NCBI GenBank assembly: GCA_018696595.1 | Contig: JABHQW010000003.1 | Span: 241,907-305,906, forward strand | Direction of reading: 5' to 3' | DNA: 64,000 bases | DNA from: Candidatus Woesearchaeota archaeon | Lineage (GTDB): Archaea; Nanobdellota; Nanobdellia; Woesearchaeales; GW2011-AR9 | Part shown: in pieces, positions 38,552 through 48,304 of the stretch | Position numbering within the stretch: position 1 is the stretch's first letter | How the letters are laid out: each line of letters begins with the position of its first letter | Made by a program: the position numbers and the translations under genes | Notes under the pieces: model-generated | Databases searched by the model: none | What the model was told of the DNA's origin: nothing | Seen by the model: the letters and a program-made list of their open reading frames with translations, nothing else

Positions 38552-39328
38552 ATGAGAAGTATTTGTGTTATTAATCATAAAGGTGGAGTAGGAAAAACTA
38601 CTACTGCCGTAAGTTTAGCTTCTGGATTGTCCAGAAATGATAAAAATGTTCTACTAGTGGATTTAGACCCGCAAAGTAATGTTAGTGTTTCACTAAAAGT
38701 AGATGCCCCATATAATTTATATGATGCTTTACAAGGAAATATTCCATTAAAAAGGTGTATTACAAATCTGGCTAAAAATCTTGACGTTTTGGCTTCTAAA
38801 GAAACTTTAGTAAAAGCAGAATATTTCTTAGCTAATAAGCTAGGATCAAAAATGCTTCTAAGAGATTTGTTAAATACCCTAGAACATGATTATGATTATA
38901 TTATCATTGATTGTCCACCATCATTAGGAATATTAAATCAGAATGTGTTGGCTTTCTGTAAAGAAGCGTTTGTTCCAACATCTACTGATTTCTTAGGATT
39001 AGATGCTTTGAAGAAAATGCAGATCATTGTTGAAAAGATTAACTCTAACTATAACCACAATATCAAGATAACTAAAGTTGTTCCAACATTCTTTGACAGA
39101 AGAACAAAGATTTGTAAAAATACTTTAATAGAAATGGAAAGAATGTTTAATGGTGTTGTTGCTGACCCAATTAGAACTAATTCTAAATTAAGAGAAGCAC
39201 CAATGCATGGTAAATCTATCTTTAATTATGCTAGATCTAGTAATGGAGCTAAAGATTATGAAAAATTGGTAGATGGCGTCTTGCAAATGGGTTCTATTAG
39301 GGTTACTGAAGAAACTATTATGGCTTAG
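38552..39328 (+). CDS. minD: ParA/MinD-family ATPase
   Basis: Deviant Walker A KGGVGKTTTAVSLA, typical 258-aa length. Confidence 0.8.
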   Translation: MRSICVINHKGGVGKTTTAVSLASGLSRNDKNVLLVDLDPQSNVSVSLKVDAPYNLYDALQGNIPLKRCITNLAKNLDVLASKETLVKAEYFLANKLGSKMLLRDLLNTLEHDYDYIIIDCPPSLGILNQNVLAFCKEAFVPTSTDFLGLDALKKMQIIVEKINSNYNHNIKITKVVPTFFDRRTKICKNTLIEMERMFNGVVADPIRTNSKLREAPMHGKSIFNYARSSNGAKDYEKLVDGVLQMGSIRVTEETIMA

Positions 39329-39351
39329 TTCTTTTTTATTATTATTTTTCT

Positions 39352-40071
39352 TTATTTTTTTAAATATCCCTTCCTTTTTCCTTCTTCTAATCGTTCAATA
39401 GAATATCTTAACATCGTTCGAGGCATTTCAGCATAATGTTGATCCAAGAATCCAGTTAAAATTTTTTCATCACGTTTCCCAATCTCACGTAACATCCAAC
39501 CAACTGCTTTGTGAATCAAATCGTGCTTATCATTAAGTAATATCTCAGAAATCTTCAAAGAATCTTTGAAATCTCCTAAGCGAATGAAAGCAAATGTTGC
39601 TAAAACAGAAATGCGCCGTTCCCACAATGAAGAGGATTTAACCAATTTATACAAAATGCTTCGATCATTGTCAACCAAATAAGCACCAACTGTTTTGGGA
39701 ATAGTTACATCAACCAAATCCCAATTGTTAATATAGGCAGTATTCTTTAGAAAAAATTCATAAATCTCTTTTCTAGAATCAGTATCTTTCTCATATTTGT
39801 AAACCAACATCACCAAAGCACACATTCTAAATTCATGATATTTGCTTTTAACTAACTCTTGAACAAAAGATAAAGTAATTTCCTTAAAGTATTTCTTAGC
39901 AATAACTCTAATTTGAGGCATAGTCAAACCTAAAAAAACGTCCCCTTCACCATACTCCCCAGGCCCAGTCTTAAAGAATCCCTGGGAATGTTTAGCTCTT
40001 ACAGGATCAGACGATTCATACAATTCCATAATTATTTGTTTCAACATACAATTACAAATATTTAAAAACAT
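39352..40071 (-). CDS. DNA alkylation repair protein (AlkC/AlkD-like HEAT-repeat glycosylase family)
   Basis: N-terminus ELYESSDPVRAKHSQGFFKTGPGEYGEGDVFLGLTMPQIRVIAKKY is characteristic of the PF08713 family. Confidence 0.6.
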   Translation of the reverse strand: MFLNICNCMLKQIIMELYESSDPVRAKHSQGFFKTGPGEYGEGDVFLGLTMPQIRVIAKKYFKEITLSFVQELVKSKYHEFRMCALVMLVYKYEKDTDSRKEIYEFFLKNTAYINNWDLVDVTIPKTVGAYLVDNDRSILYKLVKSSSLWERRISVLATFAFIRLGDFKDSLKISEILLNDKHDLIHKAVGWMLREIGKRDEKILTGFLDQHYAEMPRTMLRYSIERLEEGKRKGYLKK

Positions 40072-40091
40072 AAAAACATTTCCTTTTCAGT

Positions 40092-40658
40092 ATGTCTTTC
40101 CTAAACTTCCTAAAAAAAGAGCGTTTAATTTGGCACAGAAGGTTCATTCCCAGTTTAATTGCAGGCATTGCAGTTGGAATTATTACATTTTTCTTTGAAA
40201 TGACCGCTTCAAATATAGTTATGTTTGCTTCTTTAGGTGCAAGTGCAGCAATAATCACCCATAAACAGATTCATAAATTAAATATTCTAAGAACAGTTAT
40301 CTTTTCTTACCTAATTTCTTTGATTGTTAGCGGAGTTGTTATATACTTGATCCATCATTATTCCTTATCTTTTTCAATTGCTGCCTTGATTGCAGTATCA
40401 TTAGCAACATTATTTATGTATTTGGGAGATGTTTTTCATCCGCCAGCAATATCTGCAGCTTTATCTTTTGTATTGTTAGATGGTGGATTTTGGGAAACAA
40501 TTGTAATTTTCTTTTCTGTAATTGTTCTGTTAATCATTACTAAAATATTAACTTATATTTTTTATTACGAACATTTAGAAATGCACAAGTTCAAGATGGA
40601 ATTTAAGAAATTAGAACGGGAAGAAAAGAAGAAATGGAAAAGAATGTTTAAGAAATAG
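40092..40658 (+). CDS. HPP-family membrane protein
   Basis: Four TM segments with the eponymous FHPPAISAAL motif. Confidence 0.55.
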   Translation: MSFLNFLKKERLIWHRRFIPSLIAGIAVGIITFFFEMTASNIVMFASLGASAAIITHKQIHKLNILRTVIFSYLISLIVSGVVIYLIHHYSLSFSIAALIAVSLATLFMYLGDVFHPPAISAALSFVLLDGGFWETIVIFFSVIVLLIITKILTYIFYYEHLEMHKFKMEFKKLEREEKKKWKRMFKK

Positions 40659-40831
40659 AATTCTAACATATTAAAAAAATAAAAAAAAAGAAATCTTGCC
40701 CATAAGATGATCCTTACAGGGGTGGTGTAAGAGAAATAATTTAAGGGCAAGATATATGAAAATGAGACACGCAACACTTTGCATGCCAACAACTACACCT
40801 CTTTTTCCCAGATTAAGGGAATACTTGTTCC

Positions 40832-41896
40832 TTAAACCAACTCGATTCCTAACTCTTTACTCAAAGTTTGTGCTCTTGTCTCAGATCTCTTTTGATCAAC
40901 TTTACCTAAAATCCAAGGACTGTTAACTCCGGTAATGATTGTCATTACTGTTAGTTTTCCTTTCATGTTGTCATCTACTCTTGCTCCCCAGATTACATTA
41001 GCATCATCATCTAAAGATTCAGTTACTAATTCTCCAATCCGAGATACATCATCCAAAGTCATGTCCGGTCCACCAGTAACATGAATCAAAGCTCCTGTAG
41101 CTCCTTCATAGCTAATATCTAGTAAAGGATTACTCAAAGCACCTTTTACAGCTTCATCAACTCTGTTATTAGTATCGGAAGAACCCACACCAATAGCTGC
41201 TACACCACCATTACTCATGATTGCTTTTACGTCAGCATAGTCTAAGTTAACTAAACTTGGTACAGCAATAGTTTCAACAATTCCTTTAATCATAGTTGAA
41301 ATTAACTCATTTGCAACAGAGAATGCTTGTTGAATTGGTAAATTACCAGCAATTTGTACTAATCTGTTGTTATCAATTACAATTACAGTATCACAAACTT
41401 GTCTTAACTGTTGTAATCCAAACTCAGCTTTATCACATCTTGCTCTTTCAATGTTGAAAGGCATTGTTACAGTTCCGATTACAATTGCTCCAGTATCTTT
41501 AGCAACTTGTGCTACTACAGGTGAAGCTCCAGTTCCCGTTCCGCCACCCATTCCTGCGCAAACAAAAACCATGTCAGAAGTTTTTAAAGCATCCTTAACA
41601 ACAGTCATAGATTCCTGAGCTGCTTCTGCTCCTCTACTTGGGAATCCACCACAGCCTAAACCACGAGTGCAATCTTTTCCAATTAAAAACTTTCGATCTG
41701 CTCCTGTAATGTTAAGATGCTGATGATCAGTATTAGTTGCAATAATCTCAGCTCCCTTTATTCCTTTCTTGTATAGCCAGCCAACCATATTGTTACCAGC
41801 TCCGCCAACGCCAATAACCTTAATATTAGCTTGACTCATGTTCTCAAAATCGTGCTCTGGCGCGTTGTTCAGAGCGTTTTCCACGATAAAATCCAT
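40832..41896 (-). CDS. ftsZ: Cell division GTPase FtsZ
   Basis: GGGTGTG tubulin signature (MGGGTGTGASPVV), NTDHQ, T7 loop region. 354 aa. Confidence 0.9.
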   Translation of the reverse strand: MDFIVENALNNAPEHDFENMSQANIKVIGVGGAGNNMVGWLYKKGIKGAEIIATNTDHQHLNITGADRKFLIGKDCTRGLGCGGFPSRGAEAAQESMTVVKDALKTSDMVFVCAGMGGGTGTGASPVVAQVAKDTGAIVIGTVTMPFNIERARCDKAEFGLQQLRQVCDTVIVIDNNRLVQIAGNLPIQQAFSVANELISTMIKGIVETIAVPSLVNLDYADVKAIMSNGGVAAIGVGSSDTNNRVDEAVKGALSNPLLDISYEGATGALIHVTGGPDMTLDDVSRIGELVTESLDDDANVIWGARVDDNMKGKLTVMTIITGVNSPWILGKVDQKRSETRAQTLSKELGIELV

Positions 41897-41945
41897 TTTT
41901 ACACCACCTCAAATTTTTCCACCCTCAAGTGTGTTTTTTTTTGGA

Positions 41946-41962
41946 ATATATATATATATATA
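41946..41962. repeat. (AT)8-9 dinucleotide microsatellite in ftsZ upstream region
   Basis: ATATATATATATATATA about 50-65 nt upstream of ftsZ start. Could double as TATA box region. Confidence 0.5.
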
Positions 41963-42193
41963 CTCCAGCACACAAAAGATTATAAATGTGTTATACTTTT
42001 CTACTACTAGAATTAACCAAATTCGAAACCTATAACCAAAACCTAATTTAAACTGATAGAATTAACTTATAATTTTATCCAATACGTTTTTTCAAAGGTA
42101 ACCAGCCTTTAAAACACCCAAACCTATTTTCTAGTAAAGTGCTCCCCCTATATAAAGATTTCGCTTCTCAAATATTTAAGAAAATAATTGCAT

Positions 42194-42862
42194 TTAACGC
42201 TCTAAATTAAGTTTCTCTTTAACTTTATCGACGACAGAACTACTAACTTTTTGTAACGAAACTTTTGTGGCGTTTGCTTTTCTTGCCAGAATTGTAGCAG
42301 TATCATTCATATACTTTGCTGGATCCCTTAACCTTAATCTCCAAGAACCAAAATAAACAACCGTTTCTAAAGGATATTTAGGGGGTTTAGGAGGGACTTC
42401 TTTTGGATAACCAATAGCAATGATTGCTTGTGGTCGAACATCAGGAGGAATCTTAAACATAGTCTTAAGCGCTTCCTCGTCAAAGCCACCAATCCATCTT
42501 GTTCCCAATCCAAGAGACTCGGCTTCTAATAACATATTTTGAATAGCAGCAGCGCAATTTTGTACAGAATAAAGCCGTTCTCCCCTTAAACCATAGTACC
42601 TTTCAGCTTTTTCTGGCTCTCCACAAACAATAATTAAAGTTCCTGCTTGTATAATTTCATATTGTTTGTAAGCTGCTTCTGCAACTTGCTGTTTTTGATC
42701 AGGATCTGAGACTAAAAGAAACTTCCAGTTCTGTACATTTCCGCAACTAGGAGCATGTCTACCAGCGTCAATTATACGAGAAATTTTCTCCCAAGAAACA
42801 TATTTAGGCATAAATGTCTTAATTGTACGTCTATTCTTAATTAAGTCTAAAATATCACCCAT
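42194..42862 (-). CDS. Nitroreductase-family flavoprotein
   Basis: RRTIKTF...AGRHAPSCGNVQNWKFLLV signature and dimer-interface C-terminus. Confidence 0.65.
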   Translation of the reverse strand: MGDILDLIKNRRTIKTFMPKYVSWEKISRIIDAGRHAPSCGNVQNWKFLLVSDPDQKQQVAEAAYKQYEIIQAGTLIIVCGEPEKAERYYGLRGERLYSVQNCAAAIQNMLLEAESLGLGTRWIGGFDEEALKTMFKIPPDVRPQAIIAIGYPKEVPPKPPKYPLETVVYFGSWRLRLRDPAKYMNDTATILARKANATKVSLQKVSSSVVDKVKEKLNLER

Positions 42863-42947
42863 TTTAAATAAGTAATATCTTAAGGGTATTTATATTTAAC
42901 GTTTTTTGTTAGAGTTAAAATGGTTAGTAACACCAATTTTAAGACAA

Positions 42948-43015
42948 AACACCAGCGGCAATGGAGGCGCATAAATTTACAAAGGAAATTTATCACCGCG
43001 CCGCGCTCTGGTGTT
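42948..43015 (+). ncRNA. Structured intergenic element, copy 3 of three-copy family
   Basis: Outer stem AACACCAGCG/CGCTCTGGTGTT, core GCAATGGAGGCGCAT ... GCGCCGCGC. Inner stem carries compensatory GGCGC/GCGCC relative to GGCAC/GTGCC in copies 1-2. Apical hairpin ATAAATTT..AAATTTAT. Confidence 0.45.
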
Positions 43016-43085
43016 TGCCAAAAATAAAAGTAAAGAAGATAAATATTTTACTTTTTCTCCTTTAAATTTCTTTTATGAAATCTGA

Positions 43086-43099
43086 TTTCAAATTTGAAA
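43086..43099. promoter_or_regulatory. Perfect 14-bp palindrome TTTCAAATTTGAAA upstream of wHTH gene (candidate operator)
   Basis: Located ~55 nt upstream of the 43152 start codon in the divergent intergenic region. Confidence 0.3.
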
Positions 43100-43151
43100 T
43101 GTCTTTTCAAAAATAGAAATCTATTTAAATCCAAAATAATTTCTTAATCAA

Positions 43152-43673
43152 ATGGAACGGGGTGGCGTAATAGCAAAACTAATTGATTCTAAAAAAGCAG
43201 CTATACTAGGAGTAATCCTGAACTCCAAAGAAGAATTATATCTGAAAGAAGTTTCAGACAAAAGCAATGTTTCAATTACTTCAACTTTCAGAATTCTTAA
43301 AGAACTAATTGAATTAGATATTATTAATAAAAAAGAATGGAAAACTAGCAAGGTGTATTATTGCCAAAAAAATGGCAAAGTAGATTTTCTTAAAGAGTTG
43401 TTTATTCAAACATATGATGGATTATCAGATTTTGTTAAAGAAGTAGTAGAAATGGAAGGTGTAGAAAATATAGTCTTGCATGGCACTAAAAAGAAAAACA
43501 AAGCAAATGTCTTAGTTATTGGAAATAGTGTTGATGCGGACAAGATCGATATAATCTGCGAACAAATCAAGAACAAAGGATTTGAAATAACATTTATGCC
43601 ACTTACTAAAGAGCAATATACCCAAATGGTTAAAATGGGCCTATATTCTGGTGAGAAAAAAGTATTAAAATAA
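43152..43673 (+). CDS. Putative winged-helix transcriptional regulator
   Basis: N-terminal segment VSITSTFRILKELIELDIINKKE resembles a TrmB/MarR-type recognition helix plus wing. C-terminal domain unknown. Confidence 0.35.
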   Translation: MERGGVIAKLIDSKKAAILGVILNSKEELYLKEVSDKSNVSITSTFRILKELIELDIINKKEWKTSKVYYCQKNGKVDFLKELFIQTYDGLSDFVKEVVEMEGVENIVLHGTKKKNKANVLVIGNSVDADKIDIICEQIKNKGFEITFMPLTKEQYTQMVKMGLYSGEKKVLK

Positions 43674-43692
43674 AAAAAGAAAAAAGAAAAAA

Positions 43693-44625
43693 CTAACCTT
43701 TTAAATCAAAACCTTTCTTATATGAAGCCATTAATTGATTATCAGCATCATACAAAGTAATTGTAACATCCACATCTGAAAGATCACCAACTGTTGATTC
43801 ACTATAAGAAAACCCACCAGAAATTGTTGCGGTTGAACTAACTGCGGTTTTAGATTTTACAGTCTTTGAACTTGGTGCTAAGGATGCAGTTTTCTCAAAA
43901 TCATCATAACCCTCTACCATTACCACAAAATGGTCTGGCTTAACCGTACCAGCTTCATTATTCTTAATAGTATATTTGATTTTTTCAATCTTTCCCCATG
44001 TACCTTTCCAGTTGATATTAACATCAGTAATTGCTAAAGCAACATTAGCATATGAAGTAACTACATCTTCATCGGATTCTTCTGCAACAGCAGCTTCTTC
44101 TGCAACAACTGGCTCTTCAACTGAATCTTCAACTGAATCTTCAACTGAATCTTCAATTTCTTCTGTAGTGGTATTATTTTCTACAGTCGAACCACCAGTG
44201 GGGGTTCCCTCATCGGTAGAATCAGAAAATAGCCCAGTAAAGAACCCTGATACGGAAGAGGCTATAGAACTATCTTCAACAGCCACTTTAGTTTCTTCAG
44301 CAACTTCAACAGTTGAAGTTGTTGTTTCTGCATCGCAGCCAACACTTAGTCTTCCTAATAAAAAGAAACAAATAAGTAATAGAACAATTAAAGCCCATTT
44401 AATTAATTGTACTGGTTTAATTTTAAAATTAATTGTAACTTCTTCTTCTAACAATTTAGGTTTAGCACGCTTATGTTTTGTATGACGTTCTTCCCCAACT
44501 GTAATTTCTTCATTTTCCATTGTTTCTCCAAAATCTTCCATTTCTTCTTTCACCGCCTTTTTATTTTTACTTCGATCTTTATTCTTAAATTTTTTCCAAG
44601 CTTCGTGTATGTGTTCGTCTTTCAT
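43693..44625 (-). CDS. Type II membrane/surface protein with acidic Ser/Thr-rich stalk
   Basis: Basic cytoplasmic N-terminus, single TM (IKWALIVLLLICFFLL), EDSVEDSVEDSVEE repeats, beta-rich C-terminal domain. Confidence 0.45.
   Translation of the reverse strand: MKDEHIHEAWKKFKNKDRSKNKKAVKEEMEDFGETMENEEITVGEERHTKHKRAKPKLLEEEVTINFKIKPVQLIKWALIVLLLICFFLLGRLSVGCDAETTTSTVEVAEETKVAVEDSSIASSVSGFFTGLFSDSTDEGTPTGGSTVENNTTTEEIEDSVEDSVEDSVEEPVVAEEAAVAEESDEDVVTSYANVALAITDVNINWKGTWGKIEKIKYTIKNNEAGTVKPDHFVVMVEGYDDFEKTASLAPSSKTVKSKTAVSSTATISGGFSYSESTVGDLSDVDVTITLYDADNQLMASYKKGFDLKG
44113..44160. repeat. Tandem 12-bp repeat (TCTTCAACTGAA x3-4) encoding EDSV repeats
   Basis: Read directly from sequence within 43693..44625. 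Confidence 0.6.
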
Positions 44626-44633
44626 TTTTCAGT

Positions 44634-44810
44634 TTAAATTAGGAATAGCACAAAAGAGACCAATATTAAAAACAAACCCCCCCCGATTACTCCAAAAGAG
44701 ATTTGTTCACCCAAAGTTAAATTCTTAAAGTTTTTCAGTTTATTAATAATAAACTGAACAAAAGCATTAACTTTCTGGTTAAATTCATTTAATTGTTGTT
44801 TAAAGTCCAT
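44634..44810 (-). CDS. Possible small membrane protein (58 aa) containing a G8 homopolymer tract
   Basis: MDFKQQLNEFNQKVNAFVQFIINKLKNFKNLTLGEQISFGVIGGGLFLILVSFVLFLI. Below the 60-aa track cutoff. Contains the C8/G8 run at 44678-44685. Confidence 0.2.
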   Translation of the reverse strand: MDFKQQLNEFNQKVNAFVQFIINKLKNFKNLTLGEQISFGVIGGGLFLILVSFVLFLI

Positions 44811-44847
44811 CTTATTAGTATTAGTAAATTGAAGTAATATAAAAAGC

Positions 44848-46245
44848 TTACTTCAAATACTTGTTTACCTCCTTCTCAGGCCAACCATTCTCAATCAAGG
44901 TTTTCTTTACTTGATCTAAAGGGACGTTCTTAACTTTCTCCTTTTTGATATATTCTTTAATTTCGTTAGCAGAATCCAGTTTAGGTTTCAGATATAATAA
45001 GAAAACTAACCCGCCAATGATTATTAACAAAACAATTGAAGCAACTATTAATAAAATAGGAGTAAGTTTACTTTTTTCTTTTAGGGGCTCTGTCTCTTCA
45101 GAACCAAATGTAAAGTCCGGTTCAACAATTTTTTCTTGAGGAATTCCTTGCTGATCTAATCCAACATCTAAGTTGTTTATATTTAAATCATCTTTAGAGC
45201 CAGATTTACCAGAAACCCCAGAACTAGTGCCAGAAGAACTTCCTTGACAAGATTGTTCTTCTGTTGGCTTAGTTAAAGTAGTGCCACAATAATGTTTATC
45301 TGTACAAGTACGTGTTTGCTTCCCACCACTGCAAGAACTCCAACCAGTACAATTCCAAGACTCTAGACACATAAAACATTCAACAGTTTCAACATAATCC
45401 ATTTCACAACCATACTTATCAGTACAATTTTGTGATTTTGTTCCATTAGCACAAGTAGTCCACTCTGTACAAGTCCAATAAGTGTTACAATCAGGATCAA
45501 ACCCTGTTTTATTTAGTAAGTTAATAACATTTTCCAGTAAATCTTCAGTATTATCAATCAAAATATTTGAAAGATTAACCAAAGTTTCATTCACAGGATC
45601 AACATCTTCTAAATCATCAACATAATCATCAATATCATCAGAAAAATCTTCTAAATCTTCTTTTAGTTCATCTAAATCTTCTCCTAACTCCTTAAGATCC
45701 TCTAAGTCCTCTAAAGTTAATAATGAAGTTTGATTAGGCTGGTTTGTTGTATTATGCTCAACACTTTCATTTGTAATTTCATAATATTCTTCTTCAAAAT
45801 CAGAATAAGTTTCGTTGTAACCCATAAATTCATTTTTAAACCAAGAATAATCTTTTATTGTTTCTGGTCCTGATTCTGGTTCAGAGATAACGCAATCTTC
45901 CCCTAAACAGAACTCTTTAGTCTGAGAATTTCCATCCGCACAATTAACAATAATTTCATACTTACCAAGAGTATTATCAGACTTTGTATTATAATTCATC
46001 TGCCAGCTAGCGAACCCCTGATCCACAGTTACTGGAAATCCAGAGGGATTATTTATCATTAATAAAGAAGTTTCAACACAACCAAAAACACTAATCGTAA
46101 CTATTTCATCTAAATTATAATTATCTTTTGGAAGACTGATTTCTACCGCCAAAGCTAAAGGTAAGATTATGATTAAGCCAATTATAAACAGTAACGGGAA
46201 CCTCATTTTAAGATAATCCTTCATATTGCACTTCAAAAGTTTCAT
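44848..46245 (-). CDS. Secreted Cys-rich N-glycosylated surface protein with C-terminal TM and short cytoplasmic GWPEKE tail
   Basis: Signal peptide, acidic D/E repeat region, two Cys-rich repeats (CNTYWTCTEWTTCANGTKSQNCTDKYGC / CLESWNCTGWSSCSGGKQTRTCTDKHYCG), TM, tail ...LDQVKKTLIENGWPEKEVNKYLK. Confidence 0.5.
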   Translation of the reverse strand: MKLLKCNMKDYLKMRFPLLFIIGLIIILPLALAVEISLPKDNYNLDEIVTISVFGCVETSLLMINNPSGFPVTVDQGFASWQMNYNTKSDNTLGKYEIIVNCADGNSQTKEFCLGEDCVISEPESGPETIKDYSWFKNEFMGYNETYSDFEEEYYEITNESVEHNTTNQPNQTSLLTLEDLEDLKELGEDLDELKEDLEDFSDDIDDYVDDLEDVDPVNETLVNLSNILIDNTEDLLENVINLLNKTGFDPDCNTYWTCTEWTTCANGTKSQNCTDKYGCEMDYVETVECFMCLESWNCTGWSSCSGGKQTRTCTDKHYCGTTLTKPTEEQSCQGSSSGTSSGVSGKSGSKDDLNINNLDVGLDQQGIPQEKIVEPDFTFGSEETEPLKEKSKLTPILLIVASIVLLIIIGGLVFLLYLKPKLDSANEIKEYIKKEKVKNVPLDQVKKTLIENGWPEKEVNKYLK

Positions 46246-47377
46246 TTAAATAAACCGTCCAAAGACTGGGATCATTAACATCAAAAACAACAACCTTTTT
46301 TGTTTTGACTAAATCTAAATCTGGATAACTTACAATATGATCATAAGGTTGATCTTTTTCTAAAGAAGGGTAAAGAATCTTACTAAATAGAATGATTGCC
46401 CCATCTTCATCTAATAGAGTTGTAATCACCCAGAAGGGTTTATCAACATTCTCAATAGCAAAAAGTTTTGTTGTTGTCTTACTGACGTCTTCTGCGTTTA
46501 ATAATGGTGGAGCAATAACACAAGCACCATCCAAACAAATTGTTTTTTCAGGACAAGTTTCAAGTTCCCAATCAACAAAATTATCTTCACTGCAAACATA
46601 CTCAATAACTTTACTAGAATCATAACAACTATCTTGCTTTGAAGTTAATTTATTTTCTGCAGAACCAGAAGTTAAATCCAATTCAATTCCAGTAATAGTT
46701 CCTTTCTTAGAAGTATCATTTAAATCGGAATCTTGACAAAAAGAAGTAATTTCACCAGTAGTATTGATAGTAATCGAATAATTTGTTACAAGATCATCAC
46801 CAGTAAATCCATCACAATATTGGTTAAGTGGGTCTTCTGTTGAAAAGTTACCATCTTTCCATTTTGATAAAACTTCATCAAGTTTGTTTAAAGGATATTG
46901 ACAATTAATTTCTGTTCCTATTTGTTCTTTTGCATAATTTTGATTAATATATTCCTTTGCATCAATACTTTCTTGAGTTGCACCATTCTCTAATAAAGTT
47001 TGTATTGCTTTTTCAGTATATTCTAAACTCATATTAGTTATTGTTTGCTTAATGATACATTTTTCTGCAATAATCATCTCATAAATTTCAAGGTCAACTG
47101 ACGAGGTTACATTAACACCAAGAATATCAATAGAGAAATTATTTGTAAATTTAACAGGAATGCAATCTTTTGCAGATTCCATAAAACAAGTAAAATTGGT
47201 GCCACAATCATTATCGGTCCCAGTAGCTTTACCAGCAAAATTTCCTGAAGAAAATAATAGGATAAACATTATTATGATTAATCCGATTGTAATAGAAGCA
47301 ATGATTAATGTTTTGTGCGCATCTTTATGGTTAGCTACAGGATGTGCTTCATTATGGTTATTTCTATCTAAATCCAT
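46208..47377 (-). CDS. Type II membrane surface protein
   Basis: His-rich cytoplasmic N-terminus, one TM, large extracellular domain with paired Cys. Overlaps upstream gene by 38 nt. Confidence 0.45.
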   Translation of the reverse strand: MDLDRNNHNEAHPVANHKDAHKTLIIASITIGLIIIMFILLFSSGNFAGKATGTDNDCGTNFTCFMESAKDCIPVKFTNNFSIDILGVNVTSSVDLEIYEMIIAEKCIIKQTITNMSLEYTEKAIQTLLENGATQESIDAKEYINQNYAKEQIGTEINCQYPLNKLDEVLSKWKDGNFSTEDPLNQYCDGFTGDDLVTNYSITINTTGEITSFCQDSDLNDTSKKGTITGIELDLTSGSAENKLTSKQDSCYDSSKVIEYVCSEDNFVDWELETCPEKTICLDGACVIAPPLLNAEDVSKTTTKLFAIENVDKPFWVITTLLDEDGAIILFSKILYPSLEKDQPYDHIVSYPDLDLVKTKKVVVFDVNDPSLWTVYLNETFEVQYEGLS

Positions 47378-47469
47378 TTATTGGTCCTCTTTTGTATAAA
47401 GAAAATACTTTATTATTTATATAGGTTTGGATTTAAGAAAAAAGTAAAAAGATTAAAAATAAAGAAAAA

Positions 47470-47889
47470 TTATTCCTTCTTTTCTTCTTTAGGTGCTTCT
47501 TCAGCAGGAGCTTCATCTAAAGATTTAGAACCTTCCTTAAGAACTTTCAAGTTAACTTGTCGAATAATCTTAGTAACTAATTCTCCGCAAACAGTTCTAC
47601 GTTTCAAAAGACCTTTTTGTTTCTGTTTATTTCTATTCTTACCAGAAAATCCAACACCTTTACCGATCATAATTTGTTTTCTAGGTTCTTGGATACCTTT
47701 CCGCATTGGAAATCCACATTTGTCTGATCCACCAGTTATTTCAAATTCATACCCTTCAAATCCTAATAAGTCACCAGAAATCTTTTCACTAATTCTTCTT
47801 TTCAATAAATTGTCTGCTTCTGGACTTTTAATTTCTTTTTGATAAGTTTTTCCGTCCTTTGCTCCAATTACACATTTAAAGTCTACCAT
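47470..47889 (-). CDS. rps6e: 30S ribosomal protein S6e
   Basis: EITGGSDKCGFPMRKGI... and basic KKRRTV/KRR stretch match eS6. 139 aa with acidic/lysine tail. Confidence 0.8.
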   Translation of the reverse strand: MVDFKCVIGAKDGKTYQKEIKSPEADNLLKRRISEKISGDLLGFEGYEFEITGGSDKCGFPMRKGIQEPRKQIMIGKGVGFSGKNRNKQKQKGLLKRRTVCGELVTKIIRQVNLKVLKEGSKSLDEAPAEEAPKEEKKE

Positions 47890-48001
47890 TTTATTTATTC
47901 TCCCCGAGACTCAAGAACTTACCAGTTCACGCCCAAATAGGGTTATCTCAGCTTGTTTTATGGTTATTTCTTTGTAGTTTTTATAAAGATTTGGGTTAAA
48001 T

Positions 48002-48187
48002 TTACTCAGAATTCTCTAAACCAGTCAATTCTTCAGAAAATGTAGAATGTTCTGCTCTTAATGCCTCTAAAGTCTTCTTTTTGAACTCATTTATCTGGTT
48101 TCTGCTTGAATCCCACTCTAACGGTTTTATTTTCCGTTCTAGGTTGAAGAGCATTTCCTGTAGTTCAGATATTCTTTCTTTAGACAT
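48002..48187 (-). CDS. Small hypothetical protein
   Basis: 61-aa helical ORF. Confidence 0.25.
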   Translation of the reverse strand: MSKERISELQEMLFNLERKIKPLEWDSSRNQINEFKKKTLEALRAEHSTFSEELTGLENSE

Positions 48188-48304
48188 ATTAAGAGGTGAG
48201 ACGTTGATTTATATAAAGGTTAGGTAATAAAAAGAAGAAAAAGAAAGAAAGTTAAACAACTAGCGAGAATAACTCACTTTAACTAAAGTTATTTTTAGTA
48301 TATT

